From NCBI GenBank assembly GCA_951406725.2, contig OX597819.1, forward strand, positions 88,288,001 through 88,352,000: a stretch of 64,000 nt of DNA, written 5' to 3'. The position numbers were made by a program, and so were the translations under genes. The stretch comes from Octopus vulgaris (taxonomy: Eukaryota). The notes under the pieces were generated by a model. The model ran no database searches. It was not told the DNA's origin and worked only from the letters and a program-made list of their open reading frames with translations. The stretch's first letter is position 1. The number at the start of each line of letters is the position of its first letter. Below, one piece after another: positions 25,301 through 37,795 of this stretch.

Positions 25301-25609
25301 CCCCACGCCGTAAAATATTAGAGACGTTTTTGCCCACCTCCTTTTTATCATCGAGGAGTTGGTCATCCATATACTCCTTCTTTATACGGCATGGTGTTGT
25401 GACAAATTTAAAAGTTTAAAACATTCTTAATTGTTTTTATTAAATATGGCAATTTGTCCGCCCCTATTCAATCCTGGTTATCCCAATTCTGTGAGTCCTT
25501 AGTTACCTCAATTAATCCATAGAGATGGGATTGATTGCTCAAGCGTCGCCGAGCGGTGGTTCATTACCTAGTGGGAAGCACGTGGTGCAAGTCAAGTGTC
25601 TTGAAATGA

Positions 25610-26635
25610 GTAGGGTGATAGTTTAGAGTGTCGCATTTCCGATCGCGAGGTCATAGTTTCGATTCCTGGATCGAATGATGCATTGTGTTTTTTGAGCAAG
25701 ACACTTCATTTCACATTACTCTACAATCATTTTGACATCTGGCGTGTAGCACACCGTCCTGTCGATGTGATGGAGTGAGTGAGCTAATATACAGCACAAA
25801 CTTTTGATCACTATAAACAAATCATCTGGGTACTATTTAAGAAGAGTCGTCCCGGTGCGCGCACTCGCGCTAGCTAGTCGTGACTACCTCTGTTGTATTT
25901 GCGCTTGCACATCATAGACTCATCTATTTCTACGATGTGCCCAAGTCCACCAATTTGGTAGGGGTTACGCAAAAGATAATTACTTGTAATGTCCCTCATG
26001 TACTGATATCATTGAACAACAGTAGTTTGTGAAAGACCGGTCATCTCTGTATTATAGGACTATAAATACTTGAGGATATATTCAGCCTAGTCGTTATTTG
26101 GAATTTTTCAAAAAACGAAGACTTTTTTTATTTAGTTTGCTGAGAAAAAAAAAAAAAAAACTATTTTAAGAAAGGAATGAAGGAAAGAAAGCAAAGTCGA
26201 CCTCGGTGGAATATGAACTCAGATCATGAATATGTACGAAATTCCGTTGATCATTTTACCCGGCGTGCTAACGATTTGCCAGCAGGCGGCCTTGAATACC
26301 AATGACATATTGGTTTGAAATTTTAGCACAAGGCCAGAAAGTTCGTGGGAAGTGCTTGACTGATACCTATTTTATCGACCCCGAAACGATGAAAGGCAAA
26401 GTTAACATCGGCGGAATTTGAACTCAACATGAAGACGGACGAAATGCCGTTAAGCATTTTATTTTGTTTAAACAAAAATTATTTAAATACATTTGCACTC
26501 GCGCTAGGTAGTCGTAGGATTGACTAGTCACTACTAGCTAGCGCGGGTGCGCGAGTACGCGCACCGGGACCACTCTTCATAAATGGTACCATCATCTGTG
26601 CAGGATGTTCAGTAAGAAATTGTAGAATCGTCTAT
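25610..26635 (+). mobile_element. tRNA-derived SINE interrupted by a Merlin-like MITE; uninterrupted paralogue at 37490-37760
   Basis: gtttcgattcc B-box, ttgagcaagacacttcatttca CORE-like block; sequence either side of the insertion joins up as in the paralogue (aaacaaatc(a/t)tctgtgca). Confidence 0.75.
25829..26590. mobile_element. Merlin-like non-autonomous DNA transposon (MITE)
   Basis: About 40-bp imperfect TIR ggtac(t/c)attta(a/t)gaagagt(c/g)gtcccggtgcgcg; perfect 8-bp TSD atcatctg (25821-25828 and 26591-26598). GG termini plus 8-bp TSD are Merlin hallmarks. Confidence 0.85.
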
Positions 26636-27184
26636 CTTGGACACGAGAGATTACCCGAGAAGACGAGAGAAGAAAAGGAAGAAAACATATTGGATTACTT
26701 TATGCAATGTGTTTCTAGATCGGCGATTTGATGGTGATTTGACTGCTAGTTCTAACATGCTGACCGAACACGTAGGAACTGCATCACTAATTAGTGTACG
26801 GTTGCTCGTTTGGATCATATTAGCAAATAAAAAACAAAAAAAAAAACCAACAAAAAATGGTTTAGAAACGAGGGAAACCAAAGAGAGCACGGACGATTCC
26901 ATACCACCTTTGACCCAAATCTATCATTGCCACGAACAGTACTGAGAAATAATCACGAGAATACAATTAAAGCAATTAAAGCACACACACACACACATAT
27001 TACCCCATCCCCACGCCCCCGTATCATTTTTTCCATCACTACTATCGTCGCCATCACGAAGATGACAGTTGTGATGTCACATGAGTTTATGCCACAGTCA
27101 CGCACGAGGGAAATCAAACGTACTTGCAATTGTTATTGTTCCACATATGCCGTATTGCGCCTTTTTTTATTTGTTGTTGTTGTC

Positions 27185-27820
27185 GATGGTGGTGGTGGTG
27201 GTGGCGTTTGTAGTGGTTTTGGTAGTAGTGGTGTTTGTAGTAATAATTGTGACGGTAGTGGTGGTGGTGGTGATAATGGTTTAGTGTTGGTGATGAAAGA
27301 AGTGTTGATTATAGTGGCGACGATACTGATGGTGGTGGTGGTGGTGGTGGTACGGTGGTGGTGGTGTTACGGTGGTGGTGGACGGTTGTGGTGGTAGTAG
27401 TGGTGGTAGTGGTGGTAGTGGTGGTGGAACGGTTGTGGTGGTAGTAGTGGTGGTAGTGGTGGTCGTGGTGGTGGTGGTGGTGGTGGTGGTACAGTGGTGG
27501 TGATGGCAGTGGTGGTGGTGGTTATGGCAGTGGTGGTGGTGGTGGTGGTGGTGGTGATGGTAGCGGTGATGGTACGGTGGTGGTGGTAGTGGTGGTTGAG
27601 TAGGTGGTTGTGGTAGTGGCAGTCAAAGTGTTGTGGGCGTTCATGAGGGGAGGAGTGGACGGAGGAAGTTATAAGTTATTGGTGATAATGACAGATGATG
27701 CCGGTCATTACGCTGATGGTTCTAGTGATGGTGGCGGCGATGGCGTCGGTGGCTGGTGGTGATGATGATGATGGTGGTGGCGGCGGTAGTGGTAGTGGTA
27801 GTGGTGGTGGTGGTAGCCCC
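27185..27820. repeat. Degenerate (GGT)n microsatellite
   Basis: Directly visible. Confidence 0.9.
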
Positions 27821-28486
27821 GGTGCTAGTGGCCTAAGTGGTCACGATCGTCATTAAACAGTTGGAGAACACAGCTTAAATTATATGAAACGGCAAAAACG
27901 TTATTATTACCACGATATATTTGTATTGTGTTCATGTTTTAAACTCGATACTACAAAGGCCGCATATGAACATATGACATGTGAGAGGACGAAAAGGAAG
28001 AAGCAGAGTTAATCGTGTTTCCACGTTCATCTTTTTATTGTGTTTCAGTTTAGTTTCTTAACTGTACGTGATTCAATAGAAGCAGCGAATTGAAATTATT
28101 CCTACTGAAATTTGAAACTGCGTTTCAGTTTCCGTTTCCAGGATGGAATTTAGCTGAGGGAAACACCTCAGGGGAATGCCCTTCTCTACACAAATGACGA
28201 AAATACCATATAGTCTTACATATGTCATATATTGAGTTGAAAACCTTCGGTAAACTGACATAATTCATGCAAGTAGCAGTTAAAACTACTGGAGGTGGGG
28301 AGGCGATTAAAATCTTAAAAATAATAAACAAGGGGAATAAATACAGGATGATATGTTAGTCGGTTTTGGGGCAATATCGACAAGAAGACTTGAGTGGATT
28401 ACGTTTTCAGAAGTTGGTGAAAGTGACGGTTAAGTTTTGGCTTTTAAAGCTCCTCGGTGAAGCATATTTTATTCAGTATGGCAAGC

Positions 28487-28520
<34 letters not shown>

Positions 28521-28640
28521 CATTTACAGATATATATCTGTAAATGTGATATGTGACATTACAGATAAATTCCTCTATTTACATAATATCGAGGTCCCTT
28601 TCATTCTTTTGTTGTCTTACCATTTCTATCTAATATATAT

Positions 28641-28710
<70 letters not shown>

Positions 28711-28857
28711 ATGTATGTATGTATGTATGTATGTATGTATGTGTATGTACTCTCACAAAAGCGGCTCAGAAGGAAAAAATGCATGTGTATTCATTTCTCT
28801 CTCTCTCTCCCTTACTCTCATTCTCCTTCTCTCTCTTTCTCTTTCTCTCTCTCTCTT

Positions 28858-28899
<42 letters not shown>

Positions 28900-28912
<13 letters not shown>

Positions 28913-29130
28913 GTCTGTGTTTGTCTCCCCCTCATCGCTTGACAACCGATGTTGGTGTGTTTATGTCCCCATAACTTAGCGGTTCGGCAAAAGATACCGA
29001 TAGAATAAATAAGTACTTGGCTTACAAAGACTAAGTCCTGGAGTTGGTTTCTTCGACTATAAAGCCCTTTAAGGCGGTGCTCCAGTATGGCCGCAGTCAA
29101 ATGACTGAAACCAGTAAAAGAATAAAAGAA
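28900..29130 (+). mobile_element. SINE family 1, 3' half
   Basis: gtctgtgtttgtc...cttgacaaccgatg...ggcggtgctccagtatggccgcagtcaaatgactgaaac. Confidence 0.85.
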
Positions 29131-29404
29131 CATATATGTATGTAAATAAATTTCCTATCATTTGTTTGTCTTACCCTCTTAACATTTTTCTCCCTCATTT
29201 AGCTGGTGTTCCCTTCATTTTCTTATTCTTCTGTCCTTTACCACAGTCCGTCTGCTAACACTTGTTACTTCTTTCTTCTCCATTACTTCCCATTCCCCCT
29301 CTTTCTCATCAATTACAATTTATGTTTTGATCTCTTGGTCTTTATCAACTGCATTACGTAGAAGCTTTTATCTTCCATCCTATAATCTTTTTAGATATTG
29401 GTTT

Positions 29405-29725
29405 GCCGCCATGCTTGGACACTGCATTGAAGGTTTAGTCGAACAAATTGCTCCCACTACTTATTTTTTTTAAAGGCTGGTATTTATTCTGCTAGTCTCT
29501 TTTGCCGAACTGCTAAGTTACAAGGATGTAAACACACCAATACCAGTTATCAAACGATGATGGAAGACAAATATAAGCACACACACACGACGGATTTTGT
29601 TCAGTTTCCGTCTACTAGATCCACTCACAAGGCTTTGGTTGACCCGATTCTGTAATGGAAGACATTTGCACTAGGGGCCGCTCCGTAGGACGGAACCCAA
29701 GACCACGTGCATGGGAAGCAAAACT
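29405..29725 (-). mobile_element. SINE family 1, diverged
   Basis: Colinear with the family 1 consensus on the reverse strand. Confidence 0.75.
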
Positions 29726-29979
29726 TGGACAGCTCTATATAATTAACGCCACATCTATCAAAGCTGCATACACGTACTGCATGAGGGATTTCGTTAATAC
29801 TTCCTCTTCTTGGAATTCAGAAATATATACCTCAAACTCACAAAATCAAATTATCTTCTCTGTTGCTTTACAGTCGGTGTTAATCCCTTGGTTAGCTTAG
29901 ACCGAATCGACCCATGATCGAGGGTATTCCAGCCATTAAATCTCACCTTTATCTGGTGCGCTGTACTGCAGTTCACATT

Positions 29980-30183
29980 CTTTCATTCTTTTACTTGTAT
30001 CAGTCATTTGACTGCGGCCATGCTGGAGCACCGCCTTTAGTTGAACGAATCGATCCCAGAACTTATTCTTGTAAGCCTAGTACTTATTTTATCGGTTCCT
30101 TTTGCAGAACCGCTAGGTTACGGGGACGTAAACACACCAGCATCGGTTGTCAAGCGATGGTGGGGATACAAACACAGACACAG

Positions 30184-30260
<77 letters not shown>

Positions 30261-30424
30261 CTCGACGAGATTCTTTCAGTTTCCGTCTGCCAAATCCATT
30301 CACAAAGCTTTGGTCGGCCCGAGGTTATAGTAGAAGATACTTACCTAAGGTGCCACGCAGTGGAACTGAACCCGGAATCATGTGGTTGGTAAGATGCTTA
30401 TTACCATACAGCCACGCCCGCGCC
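29980..30424 (-). mobile_element. SINE family 1, full length, internal (CA)n
   Basis: Full head, CORE-like block and tail on the reverse strand. Confidence 0.9.
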
Positions 30425-30876
30425 TAACATTATTTTTTTTTGATGAAGGAGATTTGGTTGTTATTTCTTGCAGGTTGGGTGACTGTATAAAGGCTTCACT
30501 TCTCATTAGTTCGGGACTCCTTTGTGCTTGTTATTGTTCATCTCATATCACCCTTAAATGGACTGACCTGTGAATGCATTTTAGCCGTGACACCTTGAGC
30601 AAGTGTTTTCTGCTATAGCCTCGGGTCGACCAAAGCCTTGTGAGTAGATCTGGCAGACAGAAACTGAAAGATGTCTTATATATATATATATATAAATAGA
30701 TGAGTGTATTTTTCTCTCGTTAACAATTAACACGAAAAAAATAGATAAATAGTTACCAGGGTAACAAAAAATCACACAAGTAAAGAGGTTGTAATTCCTT
30801 GTTTTTAAAGGTAGAAACTTTTTGTATAATATATAAATATATAAATGGAATTTAACGCAGGTATAATTCAAATACT

Positions 30877-30970
30877 TTCACTTCCGACACATGTTTCGAA
30901 GATTTCACTGATATTATTCCAAAGAAATAAATGGTGTAAAGCAATGTAATCTTCTTTTCAGGGAAGTGAA
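30877..30970 (-). ncRNA. Type-I hammerhead ribozyme fold (G8-to-A core variant) in an (AT)n-flanked element
   Basis: Reverse strand: stem I ttcacttcc/ggaagtgaa (9 bp), CTGAAAA, stem II gaagatt/aatcttc, GAAA, stem III with palindromic acatgt, GTC cleavage triplet. Confidence 0.7.
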
Positions 30971-30983
30971 GATATTTTAACAG

Positions 30984-31017
<34 letters not shown>

Positions 31018-32032
31018 GTGTATGCATGTATGTATTAATGTATGTATGTGTGCGTGTCTTTTTGCTCATGTTTGTCCCCCCATCACCGCTTGACGGTGTG
31101 TTTACGTCCCCGTAAATTAGCGGTTCGGCAAAGAGGCAGATAGAATAAGTAACAGGCTTTAAAAAAATATGTCCTGGGGTTGATCTGTTCGACTAAAACC
31201 CTTTAAGGCGGTGGCCCAACATGGCCGCAGTCAAATGACTGAAACAATTAAAAAATAAATGTTAAAAGATATCTAGAACCTTTTTTTTTTATATTCAATG
31301 TGTCCTTTTGATAAATAGGGATGTGTCTTTTATGATAAAGAGATATTTAGCAACTATTTGTTATTGGATGAGAACTTCTCTGTTGATGGTGTTTTTCTCA
31401 AGCCTTCAGGTATCAAACGCACCTGTACATTATTTTTTCTGCTATTATACGATAAAGTTTTCACGGATTCCATTTTAGAAAAAAAACTTCTGTATGAGTC
31501 ATCTGTAACTTTTAGTGGCTCTTAAACAATGTCAAAAGAGGTAAAATAAGACATTAAAATACTTTTGGGACCAATATGATGTTTCTTCCTTCTTGTTTTC
31601 TTTTGATACGAATGCAATCAATAATACTGTTGATGTTGAAGTGTCAGGTGATAGAAGTTTTCAGGATTTTGTATCAAAGCATCGGCTCTTATCGAATTCC
31701 TTATCAAGTAGTTTACACGATTACAAGAAACGCTATATTGAACTCTCAACATATGCAGAGAGCTTCGATTGTTGTATTATTCTCTGTTCTGGTTTAGTAT
31801 TCCCTTGATAGTGTACCTCTAAATAAAGGTAAATATCTCTTTATAGTTTTAATTTAAATTATCCGTCGGTCTTAAAAGAGGGGCACATTGAATTACGAAG
31901 TTGAGGTGCAGGCATGGATGTATGGTTTGAGAGGCTTGCTTCTCAACTGCGTTGGCAGTTTGAGAAAGTGTTTGCTACTATAACCCTGGGCCAGCCAGAG
32001 CCTTGGTAGACGCAAACTGAAAGAAGCCCGTC

Positions 32033-32097
<65 letters not shown>

Positions 32098-32228
32098 TGA
32101 GGGTAAAATTAATTAATTAATCAATTTCACCAAGTGTTCAGTATGTAAAAGGACCATTTAAGGACCATTTCTGCTATTTCTACTAAGTTCAGTATGTGGC
32201 AAAGTAATTTATTTTACTAAGCCCTAAT

Positions 32229-32277
<49 letters not shown>

Positions 32278-32392
32278 GTGTGGTTTCGAGACCTATGCGT
32301 ACCGACAGCCACTTTTTCCGTCGAGGGCTTATATGCCCCAATATTAGACTATTTTCTTTAGTCAATACCTGGTGATCTATTATAAGCTTTAA

Positions 32393-32447
<55 letters not shown>

Positions 32448-32448
<1 letters not shown>

Positions 32449-33417
32449 TATGTTTGACTTTTGCTTTATGTCTGTACAAGTTGGCTCCAAGTCTCACCCA
32501 GAGACCTCAAGAGATAACAGGTTGGAAGTTCACGTTGTTGTTATGCCTAGTGTGTCATATATTTGGGGTTTTTTTGGTGTTGTACTAGTGAATGTCTAAT
32601 ACATAGATTAAAAAAAAAGTTTGTTTTAAACCTTGGGATTACATAGAGAGTATTTTGCGTAGGATATGAGCAGTTCCCATGAGCACTATCTTTTGAATTT
32701 CTGCCATTTTGGGGTTTCGTGGTATCTGAGTTAGGTAGCAATCAGCCCCTTTCGCTATCATTCCCAGGGCACCTATGACAACAGGTATTGTTTTAGTCTT
32801 CAGCTTCCACATTTTGCTGATTTCTATTTCAAGATCTTTATATTTGCTCAGTTTTTGGTAGGTCTTGACAGATACGTTTATATCGATTGGGACAGTCATA
32901 TCAATGAGGAGGCATGTTCTTTGTTTGAAGTCTTTCAATATGATGTCTGGCCTATTTGCATCTATCTTTCTGTCAGTTTGAATGGTGAAGTTCCAGAGGA
33001 GTGAGATGTGGTCATTTTCAAGTACTGGAGGTGGATTGTGTTCCCATCAGTTTTTTCATGGGGCAAATCCAGGTTTTTGCAAATTACCCAGTGAATATAT
33101 TGTGCAGCTCTATCATGCCTGTTGAGGTACTCTGTAGGCGCTAGAAGACTACATTTGGAAACAACATGATCAATGGATTTGCATTTGGAGACAACATGAT
33201 CAATGGTTTTGCATTTGGAGACAACATGATCAATGGTTTTTACATTTGGAGACAACATGATCAATGGTTTTGCATTTGGAGACAACATGATCAATGGTTT
33301 TGCATTTGGAGACAACATGATCAATGGTTTTGCATTTGGAGACAACATGATCAATGGTTTTGCATTTGGAGACAACATGATCAATGGTTTTGCATTTGGA
33401 GACAACATGATCAATGG

Positions 33418-33420
<3 letters not shown>
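32448..33420 (-). mobile_element. 5'-truncated R4/Dong-clade non-LTR retrotransposon (end of zinc knuckle, restriction-like endonuclease domain, 3' UTR), inserted in (TAA)n
   Basis: Translates IDHVVSKC..EYLNRHD..WVICK [frameshift and stop] WEHNPPPVLEND..LWNFTIQTD..ANRPDII..CLLIDMTVP..KLSKYKDL..IPVVIGALG, stop at 32639; (ATT)n on both flanks. Confidence 0.9.
33151..33420. repeat. 30-bp tandem repeat, 9 copies (gcatttggagacaacatgatcaatggtttt), at the 5' junction of the Dong element
   Basis: Nine units counted; one 1-bp insertion at 33241. Confidence 0.95.
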
Positions 33421-33477
<57 letters not shown>

Positions 33478-34071
33478 TACCGAATTGTCACTCGTCACCG
33501 CTTCTCCATTGTACACACACACACACATACACACACACACACAAACACACACACATACACACACACACACAGTAGGACTTCTTTTACTGGATACACGGGT
33601 ATAGGAGGTGCTTTGGAAAAAATTATTTTTTAAATCTGCCGGTCAAAGTGAAAAGATCCAAAATAAAAAAAATTTAGAATTTCACGTAAACAAAAGCGGA
33701 AATTGCAGTTGCAAAAGAAAAGAAAAAAAACTTTTATTTTCCAAAATTCTAATTTTTAAGTAAAAATATACTCAATCGAAAATAAATAATTAGAAAAGAA
33801 TAACAGAACACAAGACTCTTTACTACTCAATGTACATATTGTCTGAATTCTAGCAAAAGGGGAAACATTTACTTCAAGAAATGTGTAGAAACATAAAAAC
33901 GATAAGAAGTACGTTTAGATGACGAGCCTTCGGCGCCATAGTTCTGTTAGACCTTCAACAGCCGGAGAAAGTTCAAAATGTCAGCTCATTCTCATTAATC
34001 TGTAAGTGCTGAGAGAAGAAAACAAAATACTTTAAATTTTAATTTTAAAATCCTGATTTTTCTGTGACTAA

Positions 34072-34400
34072 TAATTCTTCAAGGCGGTGCCCCAGCATGG
34101 CCGCAGCCTAAATACTGCAACGAGTAAAAATAACAAAAATTTTGGCGTCGGTACATTCGACTAGAAATTCTTCAAGGTGGTGCCCCAGCATGGCCGTAGT
34201 CTAATAACTGCATCAACAAGTAAAAATATAAAAAGAGATTTTTGCGTCTATGCGTTCAACTAAAAATTCTTCAAGGTGGTGCCTTTTACAACAAGTAAAA
34301 ATAGAAAATAAAAATTGTGGCGCCGATATGTTCAACTAAAATTTCTTCAAGTCGGTTCCCCAGCATGGTTACAGTCTAATGACTGAAACAAGTAAAAGGT
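34072..34400 (+). repeat. Four diverged tandem copies of the SINE family 1 3' tail
   Basis: ttcttcaagg(c/t)ggtgcc...(a/g)agtaaaa repeated four times. Confidence 0.8.
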
Positions 34401-34421
34401 GAAAAAATATATATATAACCG

Positions 34422-34530
34422 TGGGGCTTTTGTTCGAGGGGCTTTTGTCCACTTTCACACTTTAACTATGGGGTTTTTGTCCGAGGGGCTTTTGTTCTAG
34501 GGGGATTTTGTCCTAGGGAGCTTTTGTCAT
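34422..34530. repeat. Short repeats ggggcttttgt(t/c)c, 6 copies
   Basis: Directly visible; resembles subterminal repeats of a DNA transposon. Confidence 0.7.
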
Positions 34531-35134
34531 ACACTCTAAAAATAAGTAATACCTGTAATTCAAAGGGCCGGCTTTGACATATTCTGTGTCACGCTGGATT
34601 CTTTGATAACTATGTTAAGAGTATGCGTGTCAGTGGAGTGCTCAACCACTTGCCCGTTAATTCCATGAGCATTCTGTTCCGTTTATCGGATAAACTGGAA
34701 CCCTCATCGTCGTAACCGACAAAGTACCAGTTTATCTCTGTGTATGTCTGTATTTTTGTTATGTTTATTCCCCACCAGCACTTGACAACCGTTGTTGTTT
34801 TGTTTATGCTCGTATCTTAGCGGTTCAGTAAAAGCGACACATAGAATAAGTGCCAGGCTTAAAAGTAAGTATTGGGGTTAGTTTGTTCGACTGAACACTT
34901 CAAGTCGGTGACCCCAACATGGCTGCAGTCCAATGACTAAAGCAAGCGAAAAATAAAAATGTCTTTTAAACAATTTGGATGACCAAATGCTAAAGAGCAT
35001 TTGATCACAGCTTCTGTCCATTTAGAATTGGCCTGAGACAAACAAAAAGATTAGAGGAATTCTGAGCCAATGAGAAAGGAAGCCTTAGCATGGTCACTTA
35101 AGCTGCAAGAAATAGCAGCCAAGTTGTCTTCAGT

Positions 35135-35888
35135 AATAAAAATAATCCTTTCCACAATGGGCACAAAGCCTGAAATTTTGGTGGAGAGGGTGCTAGAATA
35201 TTACAACCATCCCAGCACTTGTCTGGTACTTATTTTATCGATCCCGAAGAGATGAAAGGCAAAGCCGACCTCGGCAGAATTTGAACTCAGAACGTAAAGG
35301 CGTACGAAATATTTTTAATTATTTTTGTCCGGCGTGTTATCAATTATTTAGTTCTTTACTGCCCACAAGGGGCTAAACACAGAGGGGACAAACAAGGACA
35401 GACAAACGGATTAAGTCGATTATATCGACCCAGTGCGTAACTGGTACTTATTTAATCGATCCCGAAAGGATGAAAGGCAAAGTCGACCTCGGTGGAATTT
35501 GAACTCAGAACGTAACGACAGACGAAATACCTATTTCTTTATTACCCACAAGGGCTAAACATAGAGGGGACAAACAAGGACAGACATAGGTATTAAGTCG
35601 ATTACATCGACCCCAGTGCGGAACTGGTACTTAATTTATCGACCCCGAAAGGATGAAAGGCAAAGTCAACCTCGGCGGAATTTGAACTCACAACGTAACG
35701 ACAGACGAAATACGGCTAAGCATTTCATCCGGCGTGCTAACGTTTCTGCCAGCTCGCCGCCTTTCGACCCCGAAAGGATGAAAGGCAAAGTCAACCTCGG
35801 CGGAATTAGAACTCACAACGTGACGACAGACGAAATACCGCTAGGCATTTCGCCCGGCGTGCTAACAATTCTGCCAGCTCGCCGCCTT
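35135..35888 (-). mobile_element. SINE family 2 cluster: old tail-B copy, tail-A dimer and an extra head half
   Basis: Same internal junction gacgaaatac|ctatttcttt at about 35530. Confidence 0.85.
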
Positions 35889-36736
35889 AGCAACAATATT
35901 AATGATAACAAAAAGAACATGGAAAAAGAAGAATAAATACACTAAACAGGATATACTACACCAGAATAGATTTTGTTACAAGTATCATGTACAGTTTATT
36001 CCCAGTGATCTTTAGGTAACTGCTACACTCATCAGTAGATGAACAGAGTCAAGTCGTTTGAAGGGTTTGTCATAAAGGTGCATTTAATTTGCTCTTATTT
36101 AATTCCCATGTCCTTTGTGAATGAAGAAACTATGTCAAGGTGTTTCTTTTTTTTTTTTTTGTGTTGTTTTGTTTTTGTACCGGCTATATTTCTCACATAG
36201 TTTCATGCCATCAACATATAAGCTGAGTCTATGATTGATGTCTCTCTATTCTCCGGTCAAGCTCAAACATATCCTGTCATATACATATGTGCACGTGAGT
36301 GTATAAAGAGAGGGAGAGAGGGGGGAGGGAGGAAAGAGGGAGAGAGAGAGAGAGAGAGAGAGTGGGATGAAAACAAAAGGTTTCTTTCAAGCATGTTATA
36401 ATGAGGACACGTTTAATCATGTCTTTTAATGATTTTGTTTCCCAATATTTCCATATTATTCCCTTATGTTTAAATCGGAACAATAACGTTCATAATTTCA
36501 TTAATATTTTAAGATCCTCTCTATCTTATTTTTCTGAATGAAGTGGTTCGTTGTTGCTGCATCTTAACAAATAAGACCATCATTGCCTTGATTTATAATT
36601 GCCTTAGCATGTTACTTTTCCAGACATTTCAAGTATCTCAAACAGTGCGTTGATTTTTTAAATTTTTTTTTTTGATACTTCTAAAGCTACCTATCTAATA
36701 AATTTTCTAAAGCTACTTATCTAATAATTTTTTTGT

Positions 36737-36920
36737 GGGGATTCCTCTGTCTAGTCTTATTTCATGTTCTGTATTGTAATGAAACGTAATGTCTCCTTCT
36801 TATAAACGCATAGTAAAATGACGAGAAAATGTCGTGCATCTGTGTCCTATGTAACAGTTTGACTCACCAAGTTTAAAATTTTCATGATTGCATTGTATAT
36901 TCCCCAGCTTGTATCTTCGT
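36737..36920 (-). pseudogene. Decayed Penelope-like GIY-YIG endonuclease fragment
   Basis: Reverse strand: WGIY [frameshift] QCNHENFKLGESNCYIGHRCTTFSRHFTMRL*EGDITFHYNTEHEIRLDRGI, matching the GIY..C..C..YIG.T..L..R..H..G..H..H pattern. Confidence 0.55.
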
Positions 36921-37489
36921 AGCTTCATGCTAATGTAAAGATTTTCAATTTTAGTGATGTTGTAATATATTCTAATTTGTGGTTAGAAAATAAGTACCCC
37001 CATTGTCTTGCATTCGATTTTATTTTCCTTCAAAGAATTCGCAATGTGAATGAAATTACAGTACGACAAATTTAGTACAGATGATGCTTTTGTTACTAGC
37101 TCCAATTCGACCCTATGAGCAAATGTATTGCAGTTTTGATCCGTCTTTTAGAGGTTTGTAGGAGTGCATAGTCTAATGTGTCACTTTCCTATTTAAAACA
37201 GAGCCAAATTTGTATGCTGTTTCTTGTAGGTCAAGTGAACACATAGAGGCCACATCAGTGCTTCGAGTAAAATTAGTTGTGAAAAGCGTTAGATTGTGTT
37301 AATTGGAATCACATGGGTTCGTCCCTGAGGCGAGGATTTTAATCGTATGTGAATGAAAACTTTCTTTATTTGTGGTGGGTACTCTGTGCATTGAGCATTG
37401 GACGTAAATTTCTCATGACTGTAAAAGTAATTAGCTGACTGAAAAGTGATGTGTGTGTGTGCGCGCGCGCGTGTGCTTGTGTGTGTGTG

Positions 37490-37760
37490 AGGCACTTGGC
37501 TTGGTTGTTACTGTGTTTTAATCTCGATCGCAAAATCGTGGTTTCGATTCCCGAACCAGGCGATGCATTGTGTTCGTGAACAAAATACTTCATTTCAAGT
37601 TACTCTGCGATCACTTCGGCATCAAGCGATGCCGATTTGATGGAAGGAGCGAACTAATGTACAGCACGAACATTTGATCAATACAAACAAATCTTCTGTG
37701 CAATTTGTTCCATCAGAAATTACCGAAGCCTTATCTGTCGTCTGTGACAGGTGAGTCCAT
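37490..37760 (+). mobile_element. tRNA-derived SINE, paralogue of 25610-26635
   Basis: tggcttggttgttac A-box-like, gtttcgattccc B-box, shared body. Confidence 0.7.

Positions 37761-37795
<35 letters not shown>

Noticed and set aside
28095-28180. Possible hammerhead on the - strand (CTGAGG..GAAAcgca); similar weak cases at about 21240, 46860 and 60995-61045
   Set aside because: Core incomplete or stems I/II do not pair convincingly
31370-31810. Unique-looking block that might be an exon
   Set aside because: No recognisable protein motif in any frame and no clear splice-bounded open frame
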